This document shows, in pieces, positions 11,704 to 21,400 of a stretch of 64,000 bases of DNA. Location of the stretch: NCBI GenBank assembly GCA_000091205.1, contig AP006500.2; one strand, written 5' to 3'. Made by a program: the position numbers and the translations under genes. Position 1 is the stretch's first letter. Each line of letters starts with the position of its first letter. Source of the stretch: Cyanidioschyzon merolae. Taxonomy: Eukaryota. Below the pieces are notes generated by a model that saw only the letters and a program-made list of their open reading frames with translations, did no database searches and was not told the origin of the DNA.

Positions 11704-14700
11704 GTGGACGCGTGCGGTCGGAACGTTGGTCAAATTTGGTTTTGGGGTTGTTTGGCTCCGGGAACGCTGGTGTTCATGGAGGACGAACATCCTGCGCCTA
11801 ACTCGGATCGCACCTATGCCAGCGACTTGGAGCAGGGGAACGTTTTCGGGAGCAGCCCCTCCGAGCGACACAGTTTCAGCCGCCTTGATGGCAACCGAGC
11901 GGGTTCCATTGGGGATGAGATGGATAGTGATGTAGCTGTTGATGAAGAGGACCGGAATGCGGGTATGGAGGTACTCGGGTTGTTCTCAGTCAGGGCGCGC
12001 TCTCGGGCTCGAGTGCGCAGCGATAACCGCGACGGCAGTGACAGTGGTAGTGCTCTTGACGAGGGCGTCGACGACAACAGCGACGATCATGGCGATGATA
12101 TTGCTGGATTCGGTGAGAGCGACGATCTATCGGGAGACGTGGACAGCAGTGATTGCGGTTTTGAAGACGACCAAAACACCGATGTCGACGCCGCTGGAGA
12201 GAGCGACCTGGAAGAGTTTCCGGACCCAGCTGAAGGAGAGCTGGACTCGTTTCGCCACGACGTGGATGCCACCGATGATGACTTGGGAGAAGAAAACGCC
12301 TCTGATGCGGACGCTTCAACCTTTGGCGATGGCATGGATCACGACGACGACGACGAAGACGAAGACAACGACGACGATGATGATGACGAGGGCGAGGACG
12401 ACGACGACGACAACGATAACGTTGACGAAGAGGAAGACGACGGCGACGACATGCCAAGTGATGATGAGGATGCTGAGTATTCTCAATTTTTCGGCGTTGA
12501 ACAGGAGATGCTTTCCCTCATGGAGCAGCGCGGATCTGCCTGGATGGAGGGTATGCCGGCAGCGCACCTCCAAGCATTGCGCAGAGCCGACATCCAGGCT
12601 CAACGTCTTATGCAGCGCTTTCGGAATGCCGATGATGACATGGAAGTGTTCGTGGTCTGGCGTAATGGACAGGAAGCTGGCGAAATACTCGCAGATCGCG
12701 ATGAGGATGCTTCTCTACCTGGTCTAGGTATACATTTTCTTAACATGACCAACGAACAGCCAGACTGGGCTGAAGGTTTCGGTCTGGGAATCGCCGCAGC
12801 GAATGCGATGTTGCTTAGCGACCCGAGCAGCGAAGCGTTGCGGCCATACGCGCCTGCGCGGCTAGAGCTACCGCAACCGCCGCGCGTTGAGAGCGATTCG
12901 CGATCACCGTCCGAACGTAACTTGTCGGTCGCAGGCAACGTGCTGGACGGCTTGGGCAGTCGCCGACACAGCCCGGGCGCGACTCTGGGCAACATCTTGT
13001 TGTACGGTTCGGGTGCACACTGCCAAAGTTGCCCGAGATCAGCGCGCGAGGCGCTCTCAGCGCTTTGCCGTTCTGACGGCTTGCGCGCCCTGCTGGCGTC
13101 GAGCTCGGCGGTTGCACCGACCGCACTCATGATGCGACGCAATATCAGTTGTGGGGACTGCGGTCTCCGCAATGCGGCGGACGCTCGAATCCATGATTTC
13201 GCGGATCTCGTACTGCGAAGTCCAGCGTTCACAGAGAACCTTGGCCACGGCATCGCAGCTGCATATTTGGTCAGCAAAATGAATCCGCCTCCAAAGGAAT
13301 CCGAGCAGCTGTGGGATCTTGCATCCCTTGGAACCGTGCTCGCTGGAGCGCATTTTCATCCACTCTTTTGGGACGGCGCTCGCGGCAAGAGTTCCGAGTC
13401 GCCACTGCCGGGCTTGTATCGCGCACCACCTGCGCTGTCGATTCGGTTCTCTGAGGATTTGTTGGAAGCGCTGCTGGGGCTGCCTATTGGTCCACTGCTG
13501 GGCATCGATCGTTTCGGAACGCTGGCGGTCACCGGGACGCGCCAAAGGCGGCGAGATGTGCTGCGTCTGTATCGCGCGTTTGGCAGCTGCTCGCTGCGGC
13601 GTGGCGCACCGTACGATGCGCTCAGTGGCCTCGATACCCATGCACGTCATCTGGATACCCAGCAGAAGCGCTTCGCAGCGCTCCACGAGGAAATGCGAAC
13701 ACTCTGGCGCGATGAGCGCGTCCGTAGGGAGCGAGCCCAACTTGACGACGAGTACCGCCGTCTCGTTGACGAAGAGCAAGCGCAGGCCTCGGAATCCTGT
13801 GCGAATGGCAGGCAGGGCGAGCCCGACGTGCCCATGGAACGCTCAGAGCAGCAGGAGCAGGAGCAGGTGCTGCCAGCACCTGGCACGGAGATGGAGGCCG
13901 CTAGCTCATTGACTGGTTCGCTTCTGGAGCATGCGTCTGCTGCGAGTCCGTCACACCCAGCCAGCAGCGGTATGCTTACGGGAGCTGCGGAGACATCAGA
14001 CTCGGCCGTTGTGCTGTCTATGCAAATCGACGATTTGCCGGGCGCTACTCAAGTGCTGGGTCCCGACGCACCTGAACCTGCAGCGAGCGGTGCAGTCGAG
14101 CTCAGTTCGGACGCCGAAGTGCGAGCGCCGCCTGTATCGGACTCTACGACCGATCAAGAGGCAGGGACGCGTTCCATCACCGAGTCCGATATGGAGCACG
14201 TGGCGCGCACTGTCGGCATTGACCCCACGGTGCTCGTCGAGTTACCTCCAGATCTCCGACGAGAAGTCATTCAGCAAAACCTCGCCCAGATTCGGAGCAA
14301 CCCAGCATTTCTGAGCTACCTGCCGGTGAATGTGCGACAGGAAGTTGAGGAGGCAGCTGCCCAGCTTGATCGCCTTCGTGGCTCCGCAGCCGAGATGGAT
14401 AACGCTTCCTTTTTGGCAACGTTGCCCACTGCGCTGCGCGAAGAGATCTATCTAACCTCAGACGAATCGTTTTTGCAGTCATTGCCGCCGCACTTGGCGG
14501 CCGAAGCTCGCGCAGTCCGCGATCGTCGGCGATCATTATCATCAGCATCAGCAGCAGCAGCAGCTGCTGCTGCTTCGGCGTCGTTTCTTGGACCCAATGA
14601 TCTCACTTCTGGTGCGAGCGAAATTTCAGCGCTCATGTCAACGCCGCAAGTCAGCGCGCGAAAAAGCTGTGGCCTTGTCCTGGTCACGCAGTTGGATGTG

Positions 14701-16965
14701 CTGGAGAAGGCGCTGCGCTCGCCCGGAGTCTGCTGCCCGCTGCTCGCGAATACCGTGCGTCTGCTTTGTTACGAGCCAACGACACGGATGCGCATCATTC
14801 GACTAGCCTGGCGGCTCGTGGAATGCCAGCGCCCAGACGATGCGAGCACCGCTGGAAGAAGTGCAGAGCTCGTGGGCAGCTTGCTGCGCTTTAGTCCAAC
14901 GATAGCGCTAGATCTGGTCGCCGCCGATGGCGATCAGCCGTTGATGCACCTGCTCCAGAGCATTCCCAAGGCTGTTCGATTCGGCGGACGCCATTGCCAC
15001 CGTCTGCTGGAGGTGCTGCTTGCGACGACCAGCCTCTTCGTACAACTGTTACGAGGCCAGGTTCCACAGCGTGGTCTGCAATTGGAACCCGCCCAGCCGG
15101 ATGCCTCGATGACGTTGCCAGTCGTTCCGCCGGTGGTCGCTCCGGGGGTGCTCAACGACCTGGCGATTGCCTTGCAGGTTCCGGATCTATCTGCTCGCTC
15201 CTGGGACCGTTTGCTCTCCATCTACGAGTACCTCTATGGCGAAGAGCAGAATCGTGATACTGTCATCCAGTGTCTCGTTCAGATTGCGGGAGCGCTAATC
15301 GAACCGGTGTGTGCTGCCATTCGCGAAGAGCCCGGCTTACGGCCGTGTGAGAGCTTCTTCGTCCAGACAGTGAAGAGTGTTGCGCAGCTGGTGCGTCCGC
15401 ATCTCGAGTGCCTGCAGGTGCTGGAGCCGGTATGGACGTGCCTCGAGGAGCAGTTGGCCGCGGGCGCAGGTGCGGGTCCACCGGTGCGCCTCTCGCGTCT
15501 CATTGAGTGCTACCTTCAGGCGCACAGTATCCGCTTGCCGGACCTGTTAGCGGATCTCAACCAACCGCCAGTGCTGGAGAGCAACCCCTCGCTGCTGGCG
15601 CGTTCGGAGTCTGCGTCAACGTTGCGCTCGTCGACAACGACAACAACAACAACAACGACAAATGGCGTTACGCTGCCCGAGTCGGTCATGGCGATCGACC
15701 GTGAACTCGCAAGCTTCCTGGAGCGGCACACGCTGCAGATCAATCAATTACTGCAATTGAATCCGGCCCTGTTTCGTCAGGGATTTCAATCGACGCTCTT
15801 GCATGCCCGCTTTCTGGAATTCGAAAACAAGAAAGTGTTCTTCCGGCACGTTATCCAGGAACAGCGACGCGCGAGTCGACAATCGCCCGTGCGTCTGCTC
15901 GTGCGCCGCGACTGCGTTTTCGAGGACAGCTATCATCAGTTACGGCCGCGCAGCGCTGCGGAGCTTCGTGGAACCCTCACCGTCCAGTTCGTTGGCGAGG
16001 AAGGCATCGACGCCGGTGGACTTTTGCGCGAATGGTACGTGATCCTGGCTCGCAAGATCTTCGACGAGAATTACGCGCTCTTTCGCCGTTGCGTCGGCAA
16101 AAGCGCTGCATACCATATCAACGAATGTTCGTATATTAACGAGGATCATCTGGGCTTTTTCAAGTTCATCGGACGCTTCATCGGCAAAGCGCTCTGGGAC
16201 GGTCAACTCCTGGATGCCTATTTCGCTCGCTCCGTTTACAAGCACATGATCGGCATAAGGCCTTCGTACCACGATATTGAAGCGATCGACCCGGAATACT
16301 ACGCCAGTCTGGTGTGGATGCTCGAGCATAACATCGCTCACGTGCTGGACTTGACCATGGCGGCGGAGCTGGACCAGTTCGGAGAGCTCAAAGTCGTGGA
16401 TCTGGTACCCGGCGGCCGCCATATTCCCGTAACCGAGGAGAACAAATGGGAATACGTACGACTCATTACCGAACTCAAAATGACCAAAGCCGTGGAGCCC
16501 CAGTTGCAGGCGTTTCTCGAAGGGTTTCACGAAATGGTACCGCGCTCACTCATTGCCATGTTCAGCGATTACGAACTGGAGTTGCTTATCTCCGGTCTGC
16601 CCGAGATCGATACCGCTGATCTCAAGATGCATACCACGTACAGCGGCTACCGACCGTCGAGCCCACAGATCCAGTGGTTCTGGCAAGCGGTTGCCGAGAT
16701 GGATCGTGACGATCGCGCACGTCTCGTGATGTTCGTCACCGGCAGCAGCAAGGTACCGCTGGGCGGCTTTGCGAACCTCCCCGGTATGAATGGCGGTGTT
16801 CAGCGCTTCCAGATCCATCGCGTTGCTGGTGATACCGATCGTCTGCCGAGTGCACATACCTGCTTTAATCAACTTGATCTCCCTGAGTATAGCAGTTATG
16901 AAAAGCTTCGCGAACGCTTATTGACAGCAGTTCGTGAAGGCAACGAGGGTTTCGGGTTTGGTTGA
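11704..16965 (+). CDS. HECT-domain E3 ubiquitin-protein ligase, HUWE1/UPL1/Tom1-like
   Basis: C-terminal HECT domain: 'LTVQFVGEEGIDAGGLLREWYVILARKIFDENYALF', 'HLGFFKFIGRFIGKALWDGQLLDAYF', 'SGLPEIDTADLKMHTTYSGY', 'FVTGSSKVPLGGFANL', and the catalytic-Cys region 'LPSAHTCFNQLDLPEYSSYEKLRERLLTAV' ending ...EGNEGFGFG. A long acidic D/E tract (aa ~200-260) resembles the HUWE1 acidic region. The true start may be an internal Met (MEDEHP...). Confidence 0.85.
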   Translation: MDACGRNVGQIWFWGCLAPGTLVFMEDEHPAPNSDRTYASDLEQGNVFGSSPSERHSFSRLDGNRAGSIGDEMDSDVAVDEEDRNAGMEVLGLFSVRARSRARVRSDNRDGSDSGSALDEGVDDNSDDHGDDIAGFGESDDLSGDVDSSDCGFEDDQNTDVDAAGESDLEEFPDPAEGELDSFRHDVDATDDDLGEENASDADASTFGDGMDHDDDDEDEDNDDDDDDEGEDDDDDNDNVDEEEDDGDDMPSDDEDAEYSQFFGVEQEMLSLMEQRGSAWMEGMPAAHLQALRRADIQAQRLMQRFRNADDDMEVFVVWRNGQEAGEILADRDEDASLPGLGIHFLNMTNEQPDWAEGFGLGIAAANAMLLSDPSSEALRPYAPARLELPQPPRVESDSRSPSERNLSVAGNVLDGLGSRRHSPGATLGNILLYGSGAHCQSCPRSAREALSALCRSDGLRALLASSSAVAPTALMMRRNISCGDCGLRNAADARIHDFADLVLRSPAFTENLGHGIAAAYLVSKMNPPPKESEQLWDLASLGTVLAGAHFHPLFWDGARGKSSESPLPGLYRAPPALSIRFSEDLLEALLGLPIGPLLGIDRFGTLAVTGTRQRRRDVLRLYRAFGSCSLRRGAPYDALSGLDTHARHLDTQQKRFAALHEEMRTLWRDERVRRERAQLDDEYRRLVDEEQAQASESCANGRQGEPDVPMERSEQQEQEQVLPAPGTEMEAASSLTGSLLEHASAASPSHPASSGMLTGAAETSDSAVVLSMQIDDLPGATQVLGPDAPEPAASGAVELSSDAEVRAPPVSDSTTDQEAGTRSITESDMEHVARTVGIDPTVLVELPPDLRREVIQQNLAQIRSNPAFLSYLPVNVRQEVEEAAAQLDRLRGSAAEMDNASFLATLPTALREEIYLTSDESFLQSLPPHLAAEARAVRDRRRSLSSASAAAAAAAASASFLGPNDLTSGASEISALMSTPQVSARKSCGLVLVTQLDVLEKALRSPGVCCPLLANTVRLLCYEPTTRMRIIRLAWRLVECQRPDDASTAGRSAELVGSLLRFSPTIALDLVAADGDQPLMHLLQSIPKAVRFGGRHCHRLLEVLLATTSLFVQLLRGQVPQRGLQLEPAQPDASMTLPVVPPVVAPGVLNDLAIALQVPDLSARSWDRLLSIYEYLYGEEQNRDTVIQCLVQIAGALIEPVCAAIREEPGLRPCESFFVQTVKSVAQLVRPHLECLQVLEPVWTCLEEQLAAGAGAGPPVRLSRLIECYLQAHSIRLPDLLADLNQPPVLESNPSLLARSESASTLRSSTTTTTTTTTNGVTLPESVMAIDRELASFLERHTLQINQLLQLNPALFRQGFQSTLLHARFLEFENKKVFFRHVIQEQRRASRQSPVRLLVRRDCVFEDSYHQLRPRSAAELRGTLTVQFVGEEGIDAGGLLREWYVILARKIFDENYALFRRCVGKSAAYHINECSYINEDHLGFFKFIGRFIGKALWDGQLLDAYFARSVYKHMIGIRPSYHDIEAIDPEYYASLVWMLEHNIAHVLDLTMAAELDQFGELKVVDLVPGGRHIPVTEENKWEYVRLITELKMTKAVEPQLQAFLEGFHEMVPRSLIAMFSDYELELLISGLPEIDTADLKMHTTYSGYRPSSPQIQWFWQAVAEMDRDDRARLVMFVTGSSKVPLGGFANLPGMNGGVQRFQIHRVAGDTDRLPSAHTCFNQLDLPEYSSYEKLRERLLTAVREGNEGFGFG

Positions 16966-17098
16966 GGCGTATCGAAAGCGTATGTGTTCGGTCTTTGGAA
17001 GCACGTCTCGCTTGAAAGCCGTTGCGAACGGTTATGCCTAGCAGTTCGTAAAGGCAACGAGGCTTTCGGGTTTCGTCCGTAGCGCACCAAAAGCGTAC
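16907..17098 (+). repeat. Tandem duplication (~85-bp unit, ~110-bp offset) covering the last ~20 codons of the HECT CDS and its immediate 3' flank
   Basis: 'aaaagcttcgcgaacgcttattgacagcagttcgtgaaggcaacgagggtttcgggtttgg...aaagcgta' (16907-16992) recurs as 'gaaagccgttgcgaacggttatgcctagcagttcgtaaaggcaacgaggctttcgggtttcg...aaagcgta' (17011-17098). The second copy has an in-frame 'tag'. Confidence 0.7.
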
Positions 17099-18258
17099 TC
17101 TGGAGCACGTCGTACCCGGTCATCTTTTCGTCGGTTCAAACGGAACCGTGTCCCGTAAAGAACGCGAGCACTTGTAGTCGTGAACAAAAAGACGCTGTAC
17201 GCAAACACAAACACACACACCTGCACCTGCACCCCGCTTGACCTGGTCTGCCGGCACTCACACTATCACCAGAAGAGTCACGTTTCAGAAAGTGTCCACT
17301 GGGTTCATGGAGTGGTTGCGTAGCGCACCTGCACCAGAGCGCAACGAACGACGACAGGCGTTCTGGGAAGCTCTCCGCGAACGCCGGACCTACAGCGATG
17401 CCTCTCTACAATGCTGACACGTCCACGCGGCATCAGAGTAGCTGAAGCGTATGCTTCAAGTCTGAGTAGACGCGTCGAATGAAGCTGAACGGTACTAGAG
17501 AGGCGTTATCGTACGCGCAACGCGAACATGGTATCCATGGACTAGGGTCTGCATAGACAAGTACAGACGAGGAAGAAGATCGTGATTTACGGTAGGGGAG
17601 GTCGGAAACCGATAATTGTCGTACGGAATCGCAGAACGCAGGTCATGAGAAACGATCCTGCACCTGGATGTGGAGAAACGAAGCGGACTAGCCAGTGAAA
17701 CGCTATGGAAAGGCGCGTATTCCCCGCTAGCCGCCACAGCACACACATAAGACACGGACACGGACGCAGCGCTGAACCTGCACCCGAGTCCACGAACACC
17801 ATATGTTCATGGGATCTGGGCTGTGCACCATGAACGTATTCGGGTCACTGTTTCGACTCTATCCGTATCTCGATGGTGTCCACTTGATGAACGGAGTGTG
17901 TTTACGGGTGCCTGCGTTGCCTGGTCATGTACAGACACCTGGGCTGGTACCTGTTCAAGCGTTTCTGGCGTGTGGTCTAGCGCGATACACGCAGGCACTG
18001 CACTCGGGCGCAAGCGAATCCAGGATAAACGAAATTGTTACGGGAAGAGGTACGGCTGGTTCTGGTTTCGTGGTCGAAAAGCGCAGCACCGTATTACCAG
18101 TCTGGGACAAGGCATCAGGCGGGTCCATGTCCGTCCAAGTACTTGCCGCTGAACTGCAGCCGTGCTCATGGAGCGCTCACGAACGGGATGCAGGCACCGT
18201 TCGACGCACCGGTACTGGCGTGCATTCTCCTCGGCGATGAGCCGTGACATCGGGATCC

Positions 18259-18291
<33 letters not shown>

Positions 18292-18292
18292 C
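18259..18292. repeat. (CAG)n microsatellite in the 3' flank of the 2371-aa gene
   Basis: Direct read: 'gcagcagcagcagcagcagcagcagcagcagc'. Confidence 0.9.
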
Positions 18293-18478
18293 GACTCGCA
18301 CGAATGCCTTGTGCTGTCCACTCGGTGCAGCACGATCAGTCACAGTCATGTGCCGCGATTCCGCGAATGAATAGAACGGATCAAGCCGCGTTCCGTAACG
18401 CTCGCGGCTACACGATGGCACCCTGCACCCATTCGTGACGTCTCGCGTGCTGTGAATGCTGGAGCGTATCTGAACCCG

Positions 18479-21400
18479 CTAAAATGACGGCGAACGCGAT
18501 ATCGTTTCCTCTGCGTCATCGGTATCCGCAGAGCGCTTGCGTTCAAGCGCTGCGCCAGACCAGGACAGCTCCTGGTTTGGCTCCAACATCGACTCCGGGT
18601 CCAGCACCGGCTCCGGGAGCCGAGCGCGCCCCAGTGCACCCAGCAGGGGTGCATAGTCGAATAGGTCGCTCTTCACGCTCGGCAGACTGCGCAGAAGCTC
18701 ACGCAAGCGATGCGCCTCGAGTGCCGCTCCGTTCTTGAGCAATGGATAGCGACCGGTGCGATCGGGGCCGTACTGCAAGAGGCCCGGCCCGTAGAACACC
18801 GCCAGCTGATACAAACACTCGAGCAGCGTGTTCGCTTGTGTTGGTTCCTGGAAACTGCTTCCGTACAGTTCAAGCAGCAGGTTGGATCCCCCGGTCGTAG
18901 CCATCTGTCGATGAGCGTCGTGCACGACCAGTCGCGTCGTCAATGACGCAAGACGGGCGATGGACTGGGGGCGCTCATGCGTCGCCGTCGACGTCAAAAC
19001 GGCTTCGCTGCGCACACTGACGCCCTCGAAAGCCTGCAGGTCGCGCCAGCGCTGAAGCGCTTCCGTCCAGAGCTCCAGCGCCAGTGCTTGCGGCTCACCA
19101 GCATGGGCGCTCAATTGCACCACAAGCGCCCGAGCGCTTAGATAGCGCCAGTCCACCGCACTTAGAGGATCGGCGGCACCCGCCGCAACGGACGCTTGCA
19201 TGTTTGGTGCCTGGGCGGCCAAGCAGCGCACCAACCAGTCCCGATAACTGGCCGCAGAGGGGCGACGAAGCACGCGCGTGAGCGCCGTCGCAAAGGGTGC
19301 GCCAAACGTGCTCATGCAGCTAGCTAGCGCCCAAACCAGACCCGGCTCCTCGTGACTCATTAACAGCGTCAGCAGATTGCCATCAACTCGGACGGTCTCG
19401 ATCGACGGACAATCGCTATTCAGCTGGTAGCGCGGTTCAGCGCGGCGGTCACGCGTCGCATCCACAGGCCGGAGGCAGCGCATGAGCGAAACGCTTAACG
19501 CCATTGGATGCAGGGCCTGGAGCCGCTCCAGCACTGGATTCAGCGATGCCGCAGTCACAGTGTGCTGATGCTGACCGCTTTGACTGAGGGACTCACGGAA
19601 CGCCTCGCGCAGCACGCGATCAAACGCTGAAATCACCAGTCCAATATCGTGCTCGTAAAAGGCGATGCGAACGTATTCGGCAAGCAGGAGCCAGGCGTGC
19701 AGCATCCGCGCCACCAGAGGCGCTACCTGCTGCTGCTGTTGTTCTTGTTGTTGTTGTTGTTGCTGCTGCTGTTGCTGCTGCGCTCGCAGCGCGTCTATAT
19801 GGCGCTGCATGCGCAAAAACGCCTGCAAAACGGCAGCCGGCGTCGGCGCTGCAACCCGCACCTGCGCATGCGCTGCAGCAACAACCGCCTCCAGGGCACT
19901 CAACTCTAAATCCAATAGCGCCAACCGCTGAGAAGGTTCAGCGGAAGCAGCACCCGCAACCTGATGCGCTTCTATCCAATCCCATAGCGGCCGAATGACG
20001 CCCAGCATTTGTTCGAGCACCGTCGGCAAACGTACCCGCTTCCATCGATACTGCCATAGCGTCCCCAGCGCCTGTCGAGCCAGGAACCGCGGTAAATGAG
20101 CGGTCAGTACACCACGCGGTATATACGGTACCGTCGTTACATAGGACGGTCGTTCAGCAATGCGCCCGGTTGGCTGCGTGGCCCCCGCAGCCGGCTCATG
20201 CACCGAGTGCGCCGTGATCACACGCAGCAGCAGCGCGTAGAGCATCAGGTACGCGGGCATGCGTGCATCCTGCGGAGGACACGTGTCCAGCGAAGCTTCC
20301 AGAATCTCGGCAAGGACACGCAGCATCGACACGCTCGTATCATGGAAGCCGAGGCGTGCGATCCAGTGTACTGCCACAGCCGGTGCCCGCACGACCAGGC
20401 TAGCCAAGGGATGCTCATCGAGAGGGCGTGTTCGTGACGTGCCCGTTGCGTCCATTTGACGGGATGAAAGCAGCGACTTGTCTTCGAGCCATGTCGTCGG
20501 TGGTAACAGACTCCAACACTCAGCAACGAGCGCAGTGTCGAGCGTTTCAGGCGGCGCGCTGAATAGGCGATGCAGCGCTTGTTCCCGTACCCATTTCCGG
20601 AGTTGTTGCTGAAAACTGATCCAGTCCAGCTGCGGCATCCGTTGTCGTCGATGACCAACTTGCAAGAGGCGCAACAGTCGACGACTCCAGGGCAGGAGCA
20701 CATCAATGCGCGCCGGGCGTAGCGGGAAACTGCTGCCTTTGCCGTATGTGTCCACGAAGCGTTCCAAAGCTTCATCCGAATCGAGTAGCAAGTCGGGATG
20801 ACGGTGCATGGGTGCCCGCTCCGAAGATCTCCACCTCAGACCGGCTTCGAGGCCAGCCACGGGCGGTGCTGCGCCGCCGCCACTAGCTAGTAGTGATGAT
20901 GGTGCTGGTGCTGGTGGCGATGCATCCACGGCAAGCAGCAGTCGTACCAGGTTCAGTAGACGGAATACGAACAGACGAGGCCATTGCGACCAGTCGTGCT
21001 CAAGAAGTCGACGCACAAGCACGCTTACCAGTGCCAAATAGGATGTCCGCGTTGCCTGCTCCGCATTCCACGCGTCGTTCGGCGACGCTGCCGCTGCCAT
21101 CGTTGTTGTTGTTGTTGGTGGTGGTGTTGTAGCTGCAACTGCAGATGAACCGCCGCTCATGCCAAAAGCCGCTGCAGTCATCCGCGTCGCAGCGTCGCTG
21201 TCACGTCGCGAGCGCGTTTCGACGCCGACCGCATCCCCAGCAGGTGCCAGACGCGCTGCGGTCGCTTCGCGGCGCTCCGAGCTTGGTGTCGCGTCGCCTA
21301 GCGCTAGGTCTTCGGCGAGCAGCGCAACGACCAACAGGTCAAGCAGTGCATCCAGAGCTCGGCAGGTGTCCAGCGAGACCGGCGGTACCAGCTGACGCAC

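Noticed and set aside
11814-13779. Multiple 80-260-aa ORFs antisense to, or frame-shifted within, the HECT gene (e.g. 11939-12727 +, 11990-12457 -, 12600-13277 -, 13057-13779 -), with similar sets inside APC1 and the 2371-aa gene
   Set aside because: At about 60% GC with strong GC3 bias, stop codons are rare in non-coding frames. These ORFs are Arg/Pro/Cys/Trp- or His/Met-rich mirror images of the real frame (for example MMMWKMMMILIMM opposite the polyD/polyH run) and are not protein-like.
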